Of a stretch of 32,000 nt of DNA, positions 1-13,900 are shown piece after piece. Each line of letters opens with the position of its first letter. Position 1 is the stretch's first letter. The DNA comes from Chlamydiales bacterium (lineage in GTDB: Bacteria; Chlamydiota; Chlamydiia; Chlamydiales; SM23-39), in NCBI GenBank assembly GCA_965261025.1, contig OZ253438.1:1350001-1382000 (forward strand), read 5' to 3'. The translations under genes were made by a program, and so were the position numbers. The notes beneath the pieces were generated by a model that saw only the letters and a list, made by a program, of their open reading frames with translations, made no database searches and was not told the origin of the DNA.

Positions 1-1
1 T

Positions 2-1108
2 ATTGTTGAGGCAACTGTGGTTACTTGGTTGAAAAAAGAAGGGCAGTGGGTAGAGTTAGATGAGCCTCTTTTAGAAGTAGCAACAGATAAAGTAAACAGT
101 GAGATCCCCTCCCCTTGTAAAGGAAAGCTAAAAAAGATTTTGGCTGAGAAGCAAGAGACAATAAAAGTAGGAGAGGCTTTAGCTATTCTTTCTGTGGAGA
201 AAAAGCAAGGTTTTGTGGAAGAGAAAAAGATAGAACAAGCAAAGGAATATGAGAAAAACCAAGACTCCTCTTTCTATTCCCCTGCTGTTTTACATATGGC
301 AAGAGAAAACGGGCTTTCTTTGGCAGATCTGGGAAGAATCCCCAAGAAAGGGGGAAGATTAACTAAGAGAGACTTGGAAGCTTACTTGAATCAAAAAGGA
401 GAAAAGCTGCAAGAAGAAGGTGAATCTTTGAAAATGAGTCCTCTTCGAAAGGCTATTGCAGAGAACATGGTGCGCTCTTTTTACCAGGCGCCTCACGCTT
501 CCTTAATCACCGAGATTGATGTTACTCTCTTATTAAAGAAGATAGAAAAAGAAAAGCAGGATTTCTTTCAAAAATATAAAGCAAAGCTTTCTGTTACTAC
601 ATTTTTTGCTAGAGCTCTGTGCAAGGCGTTAAAAAAGTATCCTCATTTAAATGCTTCTTTAGAAAAAGATACTATCTTATTAAAAAAATCGGTGAATTTG
701 GGAATTGCTGTCTCTATAGAGGGGGGGGTGATAGTTCCTGTAGTAGAAGGATGTGATGCCCTTTCTTTAGTGGAGATTGCACAGAAGATTTATGCGCTAG
801 CTTCTTTAGCTAAAACAGGAAAAATTTCTTTAGATCAAATGCAAAAAGGGACCATTACCTTAACCAATTTTGGAATGAGTGGGACTTTGATAGGAATTCC
901 GATTATTCATCATCCGGAAGTAGCTATTTTGGGGATGGGGGCAATTCGAAAGGTAGTCAAGGTAGGAGAGGGCGACTCTTTTTCGGTTCGCTCTATTCTA
1001 CATGTAAGTCTTACTTTTGACCATAGAGTAATTGACGGGATGTATGGATGTTCTTTTTTAAAAGAGCTGCAAAAAGAGTTAGAACAAGAGAGTTTTTTAG
1101 AGGATTAA
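2..1108 (+). CDS. Dihydrolipoamide acyltransferase (E2 component of a 2-oxoacid dehydrogenase complex), 5' end outside the window
   Basis: The frame is open from nt 2 (IVEATVVTWLKKEGQWV... is the middle of a lipoyl domain, with the lipoyl-Lys context ATDKV). It is followed by an E3-binding (PSBD) segment SPAVLHMARENGLSLADL...TKRDLEAYL and a catalytic domain with the DHRVIDG active-site motif. The GTG at 17 in the ORF track is internal, not the true start. I cannot say which 2-oxoacid complex it belongs to. Confidence 0.85.
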   Translation: MVEATVVTWLKKEGQWVELDEPLLEVATDKVNSEIPSPCKGKLKKILAEKQETIKVGEALAILSVEKKQGFVEEKKIEQAKEYEKNQDSSFYSPAVLHMARENGLSLADLGRIPKKGGRLTKRDLEAYLNQKGEKLQEEGESLKMSPLRKAIAENMVRSFYQAPHASLITEIDVTLLLKKIEKEKQDFFQKYKAKLSVTTFFARALCKALKKYPHLNASLEKDTILLKKSVNLGIAVSIEGGVIVPVVEGCDALSLVEIAQKIYALASLAKTGKISLDQMQKGTITLTNFGMSGTLIGIPIIHHPEVAILGMGAIRKVVKVGEGDSFSVRSILHVSLTFDHRVIDGMYGCSFLKELQKELEQESFLED

Positions 1109-1109
1109 T

Positions 1110-2069
1110 TTGAAAGATGGTGCTATGAAAGGACTCTTTCAAAAACAAAAGGAATTACTCCTCCATTTTTTTGCGCATTTAGATGCGGCACAAGCGGAAA
1201 AGGTTCTTTCGCTTTTTTTTTCCTGTAAGGGTAAATTTATTTTTTCTGGGGTAGGCAAAAGTGGTTTTATTGCTAAAAAGATAGCGGCTACTTTTCTCTC
1301 TACAGGTTCGAAAGCTTTTTTTCTTTCTCCTTTGGATGCATTTCACGGGGATCTGGGGATGATAGAAGAAGGGGATCTTTTCATATTTTTGAGTAAAAGC
1401 GGGAAAACAAAGGAGCTTTTGGACTTAATTCCTCATATTCGTTTTAAAAAAGCGCTAGTGGTTTCTTGGGTGTGTGAAGAAGGATCTGAATTAGAGAAAA
1501 ACAGTGACTGTAGTGTTTTATTGCCCTGTTTTAGTGAACTTTGCTCTTATGATCTTGTGCCCACTACTTCTGCCTCTTTACAGCTTATTTTTGGGGATGT
1601 TTTAGCTATTGCCTTAATGCAGAAAAAAAGATTTCAGCTAAAGCATTATTCCTTAAATCATCCTGGAGGAACAATAGGAAAAAGGGTTTCCAAAAAAGTT
1701 AAGGATCTTATGGTAGAAGCACCTCTAGCTTTTTTAGAAGATAGTTTGCAAGATTCCCTTTCAGAATTTTCCGAGAAAAAGTGTGGATGTCTTCTAATAA
1801 TAGATAAAAAAAAGTCTTTGCAAGGAATTTTTACAGATGGGGATTTACGCAGAGCATTACAGAAAGAAGGACCTTCTTTGGTCTATAAAAAATGTAAAGA
1901 GCTGATGAATCCAAGTCCTATTTCTGTGGATCCCGAAGAACTAGCTTTTTTTGCCTTAAAGAAGATGGAAAATCCTAAAAAGCCCATCATGGTTTTGCCT
2001 GTTGTAAAAGAGAAGGAAGTAATGGGGATTCTTCGGATGCACGATATTTTGCAAGAAGACTTATGCTGA
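1110..2069 (+). CDS. kdsD: Arabinose-5-phosphate isomerase (KdsD/KpsF/GutQ family: SIS domain plus two CBS domains)
   Basis: SIS motif GVGKSGFIAKKIAATFLSTG. The C-terminal CBS pair has GIFTDGDLRR and GILRMHDIL. A TTG at 1110 lies 5 nt downstream of AGGA (1101-1104) and 1 nt after the E2 stop. An alternative ATG start is at 1125. Confidence 0.85.
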   Translation: MKDGAMKGLFQKQKELLLHFFAHLDAAQAEKVLSLFFSCKGKFIFSGVGKSGFIAKKIAATFLSTGSKAFFLSPLDAFHGDLGMIEEGDLFIFLSKSGKTKELLDLIPHIRFKKALVVSWVCEEGSELEKNSDCSVLLPCFSELCSYDLVPTTSASLQLIFGDVLAIALMQKKRFQLKHYSLNHPGGTIGKRVSKKVKDLMVEAPLAFLEDSLQDSLSEFSEKKCGCLLIIDKKKSLQGIFTDGDLRRALQKEGPSLVYKKCKELMNPSPISVDPEELAFFALKKMENPKKPIMVLPVVKEKEVMGILRMHDILQEDLC

Positions 2070-2591
2070 TATTCTAATTGAAATATGCTTCTTTCAAGGA
2101 GGAATTTGCAGTTTCAGGATCTAGTAAATGTTTTGAGCTTATTCGCAGGCCTTAAATAGAATAAGGGAAAATTACCCTGATAAAACCAGAGACACAGCTT
2201 TCTATAACAAGCTTGGTACTTTGAAGCAGTTTCCTCAGGGGAAGAGGGGGCGGTTTCTTCGAATTTCCCTAATTGGGTCGATAGCCCAAGCAAAATAAAA
2301 AACCCCTTAGAAACCTCAAAAAAACGAGAGATACTCTTAAAAACATTCAATTTTTTTTAAAAGAGTTCCCTCCTTCTAATATCCGGATTTGGCTGCAACT
2401 AATCCCTAGCTTTTGAGACTTAAAAGATTTTTGGTATTGGCAGAGCTAGGACTATAAGGCTATTTTCTTAAAATTTGGATAAGTAGGACCAAAGTTTCGA
2501 GTAAAGGCTGAGGAGATTGTGTTCAATAGTTGTATAAATCGGGAGGCATTCGATACACTCTTTTCCAAAGAAGATAAGGAAGAGGAAAGAA

Positions 2592-3875
2592 ATGCAGGGA
2601 CTTACGCTAATGCATATGGCTATGATAGGGGTTTTTTTAGTAGGCTATGCAGCAATTATTTTTGAATACCGAATCAAGGTGAATAAGACGGCAGCAGCTC
2701 TTTTGATGGCAGCTATTAGCTGGGGTTTACTTTTTGTGTACTCAGGGGAAAAAATAGCAGATAGCATAGGGAGCTTAGCAGATCATGTTTCGAATGTAAG
2801 CCAAATTATCTTCTTTTTACTGGGTGCAATGACTTTGGTGGAACTGATTGATTCTCATAGAGGATTTAAAATTATTACAGATAATATCAATACTCGTTCT
2901 AAAAAGAAAATGCTTTGGCTAATTGCAATAATTAGTTTTTTTCTCTCTTCGCTCCTGGATAATCTAACGACCACGATTGTGATGATTTCTCTTCTTCGAA
3001 AGTTAGTGGATTCACAAGAGGATAGAATTCTTTTAGGTTCTGTAGTAGTGATAGCTGCTAATGCAGGAGGCGCCTGGACTCCTATAGGGGATGTAACTAC
3101 TACGATGCTTTGGATAGGGGGGCAAGTAACTACTATTCCCTTGGTTCGCTCTTTATTTTTCCCCAGTTTGTTTTCTTTGGTGATATCTCTATTTTTTCTA
3201 GGATTTAAAATGCGGGGGAACTATCCGAGCTTGTTACAGGAAGAAGTAAAAGCGGAAGTAGAACCGGGAGCTCGTTTTGTCTTTTTTTTGGGATTAGCGG
3301 CGTTAATAGGGGTTCCTATTTTCAAGGCAAGTATAGGGCTTCCTCCATTTATGGGAATGTTAGTGGGAGTAGGGGTTTTGTGGCTTGTCACAGACATGTT
3401 GCATCATTCTCATGAAGATAGGTCTCATTTAAGGATTCCGCATGTTCTTACAAAAATTGATACCTCAGGTGTATTGTTCTTTCTGGGAATTTTACTCAGT
3501 ATTAACGCATTGGAAACAGCAGGTCTTTTAGAGGGCTTAGCCATTTTTTTAGGAAGGCATATTGAAAACCTTGCTTTAATAGCAACTTCTATAGGAATTG
3601 TTTCTTCTGTAGTAGATAATGTTCCTTTAGTAGCTGCTACTATGGGGATGTATGATTTGCATAGCTTTCCCGTAAACTCTGCTTTTTGGCAGATGGTGGC
3701 CTATTGCGCTGGTACCGGAGGGAGTATTTTAATTATTGGCTCCGCTGCAGGTGTGGCTCTAATGGGAATGGAGAAGGTAGACTTCATGTGGTATTTTAAA
3801 AGGATTAGTTTGAAAGCCCTGAGCGGATATTTAGCCGGGATGGTTCTTTACTTGGCTTTACAGATGTGGCTGTAA
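2592..3875 (+). CDS. nhaD: Na+/H+ antiporter, NhaD/ArsB-type ion transporter superfamily
   Basis: 427-aa polytopic membrane protein with motifs LDNLTTTIVMISL and AANAGGAWTPIGDVTTTMLW, typical of NhaD-type antiporters. GAGGA lies 5-6 nt upstream of the ATG. Confidence 0.75.
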   Translation: MQGLTLMHMAMIGVFLVGYAAIIFEYRIKVNKTAAALLMAAISWGLLFVYSGEKIADSIGSLADHVSNVSQIIFFLLGAMTLVELIDSHRGFKIITDNINTRSKKKMLWLIAIISFFLSSLLDNLTTTIVMISLLRKLVDSQEDRILLGSVVVIAANAGGAWTPIGDVTTTMLWIGGQVTTIPLVRSLFFPSLFSLVISLFFLGFKMRGNYPSLLQEEVKAEVEPGARFVFFLGLAALIGVPIFKASIGLPPFMGMLVGVGVLWLVTDMLHHSHEDRSHLRIPHVLTKIDTSGVLFFLGILLSINALETAGLLEGLAIFLGRHIENLALIATSIGIVSSVVDNVPLVAATMGMYDLHSFPVNSAFWQMVAYCAGTGGSILIIGSAAGVALMGMEKVDFMWYFKRISLKALSGYLAGMVLYLALQMWL

Positions 3876-3950
3876 GGAGATTCTCTCAATAGAAAAGGTC
3901 TTGTTTGGCTAGTACCACTTTAAAACAAGTTTCTGAAGATTTATAGAATA

Positions 3951-3987
3951 AAAAAAGAGAGAGCGCTTAGGCTCTCTCTCGATTTTT
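3951..3987. terminator. Bidirectional intrinsic terminator between convergent nhaD and the porin gene
   Basis: Perfect 9-bp stem AGAGAGAGC (3956-3964) / GCTCTCTCT (3971-3979) with loop GCTTAG. It is flanked by an A-run upstream (3951-3956) and a T-run downstream (3983-3987), so it reads as hairpin plus U-tract on both strands. Confidence 0.6.
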
Positions 3988-4009
3988 CTTGAACTTATGT
4001 CAAACAGAC

Positions 4010-5122
4010 TTAGAAGTCAAACTGAAGTCGGATAGATACTCCGTTCAAACTCAAGTCTCCTCTAGAGACCACATCCGAGATGAAAGTGGGACTTCCTCCT
4101 TGGGTGATTCTCATCCAGTTTTGGTCAAACCAGTGATGAAATTCATACATTGCCTGCATGGAGAAGTAATGACGGTTATTATTAAAAAAGATTCCCCAAG
4201 CAACTCCTGCTTGCATTTCCATGTTCATAACATTTCGGTAAAAATCATCTATGTAATCATACCCGTTAGTTCCTGGGGCATGTTGTGTGATGTCAAATTT
4301 TCCGAAAAGGCTAGAAAAAGAAAGGTTGGCCAGTAAGCGAAAATTAGCGCCCATGAGCCATTCAGACCGAATACCACTTCTCAAACCCACTCCCCAGAAA
4401 TCATTCTTTGCTGTGGTTTTTGTATCAAGGTCTCCTCCAAAGCTTCCGCTGTATCTAGCGATATAATCTTGGTCAATCCAAGCAGCTCTAAGACCAAAAT
4501 GAGGATTCAATATCATATGACGACTTACATGATAGGGTTTCCCCATCAATATGTCGAAGACATTCATAGAAAAATGCCATCTAGAAGAGGCTCTATCATG
4601 GTTAGCCGCGGGTACCCCAGACTGGGTAATTTTCCAAAGAGGGATTAACCCAGAACCAGTTTCTGTATGAACCGAATTTTCCTCACTTAACTTAAACCAG
4701 AACCAGTTCATCTCGGTATTCCAGGCGTCATGATTCATATAACAACCGATACCTAAGCGGAATCCAAAATCCCAGCTCCAGGAGCGGTGAGAAGTAGAAT
4801 ATCCATGAACATTTCCTGTATTAATAGGGGCACTTCCCGGAGTGCTGTCAGTGATAGCATAATCCAGGCCATCTTCTTGCGGTTGCATAGCCAAGAAATC
4901 ACCTCTGAAATAAAAATCCATAGGACAAGAGAGGCTCATATCCTTTGGAAAAGAGAAAGCGAAAGGTCCTGGCTTAGGATCTTCACAGCATACATCTTTA
5001 GAAGGTTTGGGATCACAAGGCCCCTTAGGTATAGCGTAGGCTGTATTGGACAAAAGCAAAGCTAGACCTGTTGTGGTAAGAGCCTTTTTAAAAGACCGTT
5101 TTATTTGCATATATTTCTCCAT
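4010..5122 (-). CDS. Outer-membrane beta-barrel porin with a Cys/Pro-rich N-terminus (Legionella-MOMP-like / environmental-chlamydia porin type)
   Basis: Signal peptide (MQIKRSFKKALTTTGLALLLSNTAYA). A Cys/Pro-rich mature N-terminus (GPCDPKPSKDVCCEDPKPG...LSCP). An aromatic-rich sequence ending ...SIRLQFDF, where terminal Phe is the OMP signature. GGAG lies 6 nt upstream of the second ATG, so the real start is probably 5110 rather than 5122. Confidence 0.6.
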   Translation of the reverse strand: MEKYMQIKRSFKKALTTTGLALLLSNTAYAIPKGPCDPKPSKDVCCEDPKPGPFAFSFPKDMSLSCPMDFYFRGDFLAMQPQEDGLDYAITDSTPGSAPINTGNVHGYSTSHRSWSWDFGFRLGIGCYMNHDAWNTEMNWFWFKLSEENSVHTETGSGLIPLWKITQSGVPAANHDRASSRWHFSMNVFDILMGKPYHVSRHMILNPHFGLRAAWIDQDYIARYSGSFGGDLDTKTTAKNDFWGVGLRSGIRSEWLMGANFRLLANLSFSSLFGKFDITQHAPGTNGYDYIDDFYRNVMNMEMQAGVAWGIFFNNNRHYFSMQAMYEFHHWFDQNWMRITQGGSPTFISDVVSRGDLSLNGVSIRLQFDF

Positions 5123-5389
5123 TTTTCTTTAGTAAGAGATTTTTTTTGAAGTTCTCTCATTCTTTTGCCACCTTATTTTTCAGATAAAGGAGCGCATTTA
5201 GATGTTAAACGCATACATTTGTAGACAATAAATTTTTCTCTTTAATAAGCGCAATAAAAATTTTACTAATGGAGACTTTTCCTCTGTTTCTGGAAGGGAA
5301 AAGAAGTGCTCTTTTTAAGGAAAAAAAAGAAAATCCTTCTTGTTTTGCGAGGAGAAAAAATCTTTTCAGAGAGTTTTATGGAAATTGTG

Positions 5390-5419
5390 TTGTTGTAAAA
5401 TTGGGGCTTTAGATATATT
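5390..5419 (+). promoter_or_regulatory. Candidate sigma-70/66-type rRNA operon promoter
   Basis: TTGTTG (5390-5395), 18-nt spacer, TATATT (5414-5419), about 180 nt upstream of mature 16S and upstream of the leader arm of the processing helix. Sequence match only; other AT-rich hexamer pairs exist nearby. Confidence 0.2.
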
Positions 5420-5596
5420 GAACGACATCACTTTAGCAAAGAAGAGTTAAAAGTGAAGAAGGTAACCTAAGAGTGCCTAACCCTGAAAAGGGGGAAATAT
5501 CTTGATAGTGAGAAAAGAGTGCCATAAAAGTAAAAGCTTTGTGTGAGATACCTGTTTTATAGCAGGTTCCATAAATTCAAAAATTTTTCAAATTTT

Positions 5597-7149
<1,553 letters not shown>

Positions 7150-7321
7150 TTAAGGACAAAGAGAGCAATTTTGCTTTTCTTATTGGTTGGAACAAGTTTT
7201 TGCAATTTATGGCCTCTTTTCTCATTATCTGGATAGAAATATCTTCATAGTAAAAAGAGCATATAAAATTACTACTACAAAAAGCCGATGTTTGAAGGCT
7301 TATGTTGTGTATAAATTTTTG

Positions 7322-10559
<3,238 letters not shown>

Positions 10560-10636
10560 TTCTTTTTTTAAGAAACAACATAAGTTTTTCAAGCATCGAC
10601 TTTTTGCAGTAGTTTATAGCTCTTTTTACGATTTTT

Positions 10637-10750
10637 TCTGGTGGTTATAGGAAAGGGGAAACACCTGATCCCATCCCGAACTCAGAAGTTAAGTCCTTTT
10701 ACGCCGATGGTACTATGCACAAGAGTATGGAAGAGTAGGTTGCTGCCAGA
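10637..10750 (+). rRNA. rrf: 5S ribosomal RNA
   Basis: Helix I pairs TCTGGTGGT (5') with GCTGCCAGA (3'). The conserved CCTGATCCCATCCCGAACTCAGAAGTTAAG block is present. It lies 78 nt downstream of 23S; ends are +/- 3 nt. Confidence 0.9.
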
Positions 10751-10759
10751 TTTTTTTTC

Positions 10760-10790
10760 GCCCAACAGAGTTTTCTGTTGGGCTTTTTTT
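10760..10790 (+). terminator. Intrinsic terminator of the rRNA operon
   Basis: Perfect 10-bp stem GCCCAACAGA (10760-10769) / TCTGTTGGGC (10774-10783), loop GTTT, followed by T7 (10784-10790). It starts 10 nt after the 5S 3' end. Confidence 0.8.
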
Positions 10791-10919
10791 ATTCATATAA
10801 ATTTTTCTAAATTTTTTTATCGTTTCAAATTTTGTCTAAAGATAGGAAAATCTTTTTTTGAAGAGGAGATTTTCACAGAGCTTGCCTAAAGAAATTTTTT
10901 TTATTATACATAATTTTTA

Positions 10920-13900
10920 ATGAGGCCTTTTTGTAGAACTTGCTTATTTCTTTTTTTCTCTTTTTCTGTTTTTGCTGTAGATCTTACGGTGAATGTAGCC
11001 GGGGATGCCAATGTCGGTACGGAGGGAAGTTTCACAGTGGGTACTCTTTCTGGTGATTTAAGAGGGTGTCTTAATTATATCAATACGGTAACTACCTCTT
11101 CTGCCGATTCTTTTGACATTACTTTTGCTCTCACTTCGGGAAATGAAACGATTACTTTGGCTGCTATTCTTCCTGCTTTAGGACTTGCTCAGGCAAACAC
11201 GATCACAGTAAATGGAGACAATAGTTCAGGTAGTGGTACGCAGATCACTTTGAGTGGAGGAAGTTCTTTTCCGGGATTTTTTGTAAGGCAAGGTACAGTA
11301 ACGTTAAGTAATTTAACCCTAAGTAATTTGTTATCCCAGGGAGGAACAGGAGGATTTGGAGCAGGGGGAGGAGCGATAGGAGCAGGAGGTGCTGTTTTTA
11401 ATGATGAGGGAGCCGTTACTTTGAGCGATATTACTTTTAGTAGTTGCTCTGCTGTGGGAGGACAAGGGGGGACTAGCGATGGAGCCGGAGTAGGGGGCGG
11501 CGGTGGAATGTTCCAAGGAACTGGAGGTAGTAGAGGAGTTTCCAATAATCTCACTGGAGGAGGAGGGGGAGGAGGTATAGGGAGTATAGGAGGAGCAGGA
11601 GGTGCTGGAAATGGAGCAAGACCTGGCGGCGGTGGCGGCGGCGGCGGATACGGAGGCAGAGGAGGAAACGGTGGTGTAGCAGATGCGACTAATCAGGGAG
11701 CAGGAGGAGGAGGAGGAGGCGTTTTCTCTCAAGGAGGAAATGGAGGAACCGGAGGAGGAAATGGAGGAACCGGTCAAGCTGCGAGCTCCATTGATGGGTT
11801 ACGTATAGGTGGAGCAGGCGGAGGGGGAGGCTCTACTGGAGGAACTGGGGGCACTGCTTCCGGTGGTAGTGGTTGTACCTCTGACGGAGGATCAGGAGGG
11901 GGGGGCGGATCAGGAAGTGGATCTCCTGTTTGTGCAAATGGTTCTGGGAACACAGGAGGAGCCGGAGGAATTTATGGAGGAGGGGGAGGAGCCGGCGCTG
12001 ATGCAGAATCTGTAGGAGGAGCAGGAGGGGTCGGAGGAGGAGGAGCAGGAAGTTTAACGATTACTGGAGCCTCTGTAGGAGGAGCAGGAGGATATGGCGG
12101 TGGTGGTGGCGGCTGTGGTGGTGCTGCAGGATTTGGAGGAGGCGGTGGTGGTGCATTTAGAGCGGCTGCTCTAAATGGAGGAAATGGGGGATTTGGAGGA
12201 GGAGGAGGAGGGGGCTGCGGCGTTAGTGGCTTAGAAAGAGAAGGGGGAGATGGAGGATTTGGTGCAGGCAGTGGAGGAGGAGGGACTACCACAGGAAGTC
12301 CTGGAATAGGCGGTGGTACAGGAGAAACCTCTACTTCTACTCCCGGAGGAGGAGGGGGGGCAGGACTCGGTGGTGCGGTTTTTAGTAGAGCAGGTTCGAT
12401 AACATTTCAGGGAGGGATCACCACTAGCTCTAATTCGGTTACAGCAGGAGCGGCGGGTTCCGGTAGTAGCTCAGCTGAACCGGGGGCTGCTGCTTCAACA
12501 GACTTTTTTGGTGTATCTAATGTAAGTTTTGGAGGTACTTCTTTAACGTTTGCTCCAGCTGTTTCTACAACGAGCACATTTAATGGGACTATCGGAGACT
12601 CTAGCAGCACTACTTTACCAGATGTGGGAACGTATGAGCCAGGAGCGGGAGCGGGTCTTAATTTATTACATAATGGGGCAGGGACTACTACTTTAGTAGG
12701 AACAAATACTTATGCAGGAACTACTACGGTTTCAGCGGGAGTGCTTTCTGTAACGGGGGATATTTCTAATAGCAGTAGTCTGACGGTAAATTCTGGAGGA
12801 ACGATTAGTACTAGTTTATTAAGTAAAGTTCCCTCTAGCATTACGGTGAATTCGGGGGGGATTTTCGAGCTGAATATATCTTCAGATTTAGAGATCACCA
12901 CGGATTTTTTAGCGGGAGAAGCCGGAATTTTGCAAAAGGCGGGAAGCGCTAATCTAACGGTTTCTACGAATGCGGGTACTTACACAGGAGGAACTAACTT
13001 AACTGCAGGAACCATTACAGCAGAAATTAATGAGGCCTTGGGAAGCGGAAGCATCAATATAACAGATGGAGCAACTCTTGCCTTAGATTCAGCCATTAGT
13101 TTATCAAATGATGTAGCTATATTACCTTCTGCTACAGCTACTGTATCTGTGACTGCAGGAACAGGGACTTTATCGGGGGTTATTTCAGGATCAGGGGGGA
13201 TATTAGAGAAAACGGGTTCGGCAACGCTGGCTTTAAGCGGAAATAGCACGTATACCGGAGGAACTAATTTAACTGCAGGAACCATTTCAGTAGGTACGGA
13301 TGCAGATGCTTTAGGTACAGGTACGCTGAGCATGAGTGATGGGACGACTTTTTTTATAGAAGATGCTTTGACTATTGCCAATGACATTAACCTTACAGGA
13401 ACAAATTCTTTTGACTCAGGTGCCTCAGTAGATTATGTCCTTTCTGGAGTGGTTAGTGGAACAGGTACTTTTACCAAATTAGGAGTAAGAAGTGTTACTT
13501 TTACTAATGCCTCAAATGATTTTTCTGGGGGGATTACTTTTTCTAATGGAAATATTGGTGTTTCTGCAAGTGGCGGTTTAGGAACAGGGACCATTTCTTT
13601 TGTAGGAGGATTAACTCTGAATATAGGAAATGGGGTTACTTTGAGTAATAACCTTGTAGGAACCAGCGGAACTAGAAATGTGCTTGTTGATGGATTAGCG
13701 ACCACGGCAACTATGAATGGTCAGTTTGTCTCTGGGACTTTTTTCAAGACAGGAAGCGGAACTTTGATCTATGATGGAGATGGATCTAGTTCTAGCGCTA
13801 TTGTTTTCGTATCTCAAGGGCAATTTAATCTAACAGGAGATTTACCTTCGGCAACGCTAAATTTGACAGCTTCTGGGGTTCCTTTTAACGTAACAGGAGC

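Noticed and set aside
721-728. G8 homopolymer inside the E2 acyltransferase gene as a phase-variation tract
   Set aside because: It sits in a housekeeping gene, encoding E-G-G-V, where on/off switching is implausible. I record it because it shows that G8 runs occur here without regulatory meaning, which weakens the phase-variation reading of the tracts in the pmp-like gene.
2114-2350. 78-codon minus-strand ORF in the kdsD-nhaD gap
   Set aside because: It has a TTG start, no SD sequence, no signal or TM pattern and no family motif. It is kept only as part of the non-coding-gap finding.
3989-5065. Plus-strand ORFs 3989..4336 and 4787..5065
   Set aside because: They are antisense to the porin gene, which has a signal peptide, an RBS and a C-terminal OMP signature. 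These ORFs have no motifs and one uses a non-ATG start.
7150-7321. tRNA-Ile or tRNA-Ala genes in the 16S-23S spacer
   Set aside because: The spacer is only 172 nt, is AT-rich, and contains no T-loop (GTTCGAATC-like) or acceptor-stem pattern.
10641-10889. 82-codon plus-strand ORF
   Set aside because: It starts inside the 5S rRNA and runs across the rrn terminator hairpin, so it is not a gene.
11189-12292. Proline-, serine- or alanine-rich minus-strand ORFs (11189..11554, 11331..11777, 11972..12292) and the plus-strand out-of-frame ORF 11809..12015
   Set aside because: These are shadow frames of the GGN-repeat region. CCN (Pro) is simply the complement of Gly codons. They have no independent start signals and lie fully within a well-supported 2030-aa ORF.
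11340-12389. The GC-rich island as evidence of horizontal transfer
   Set aside because: The composition shift coincides exactly with the glycine-codon tract inside a single ORF, so it is explained by amino-acid content. The flanking parts of the same gene have normal AT-rich composition.
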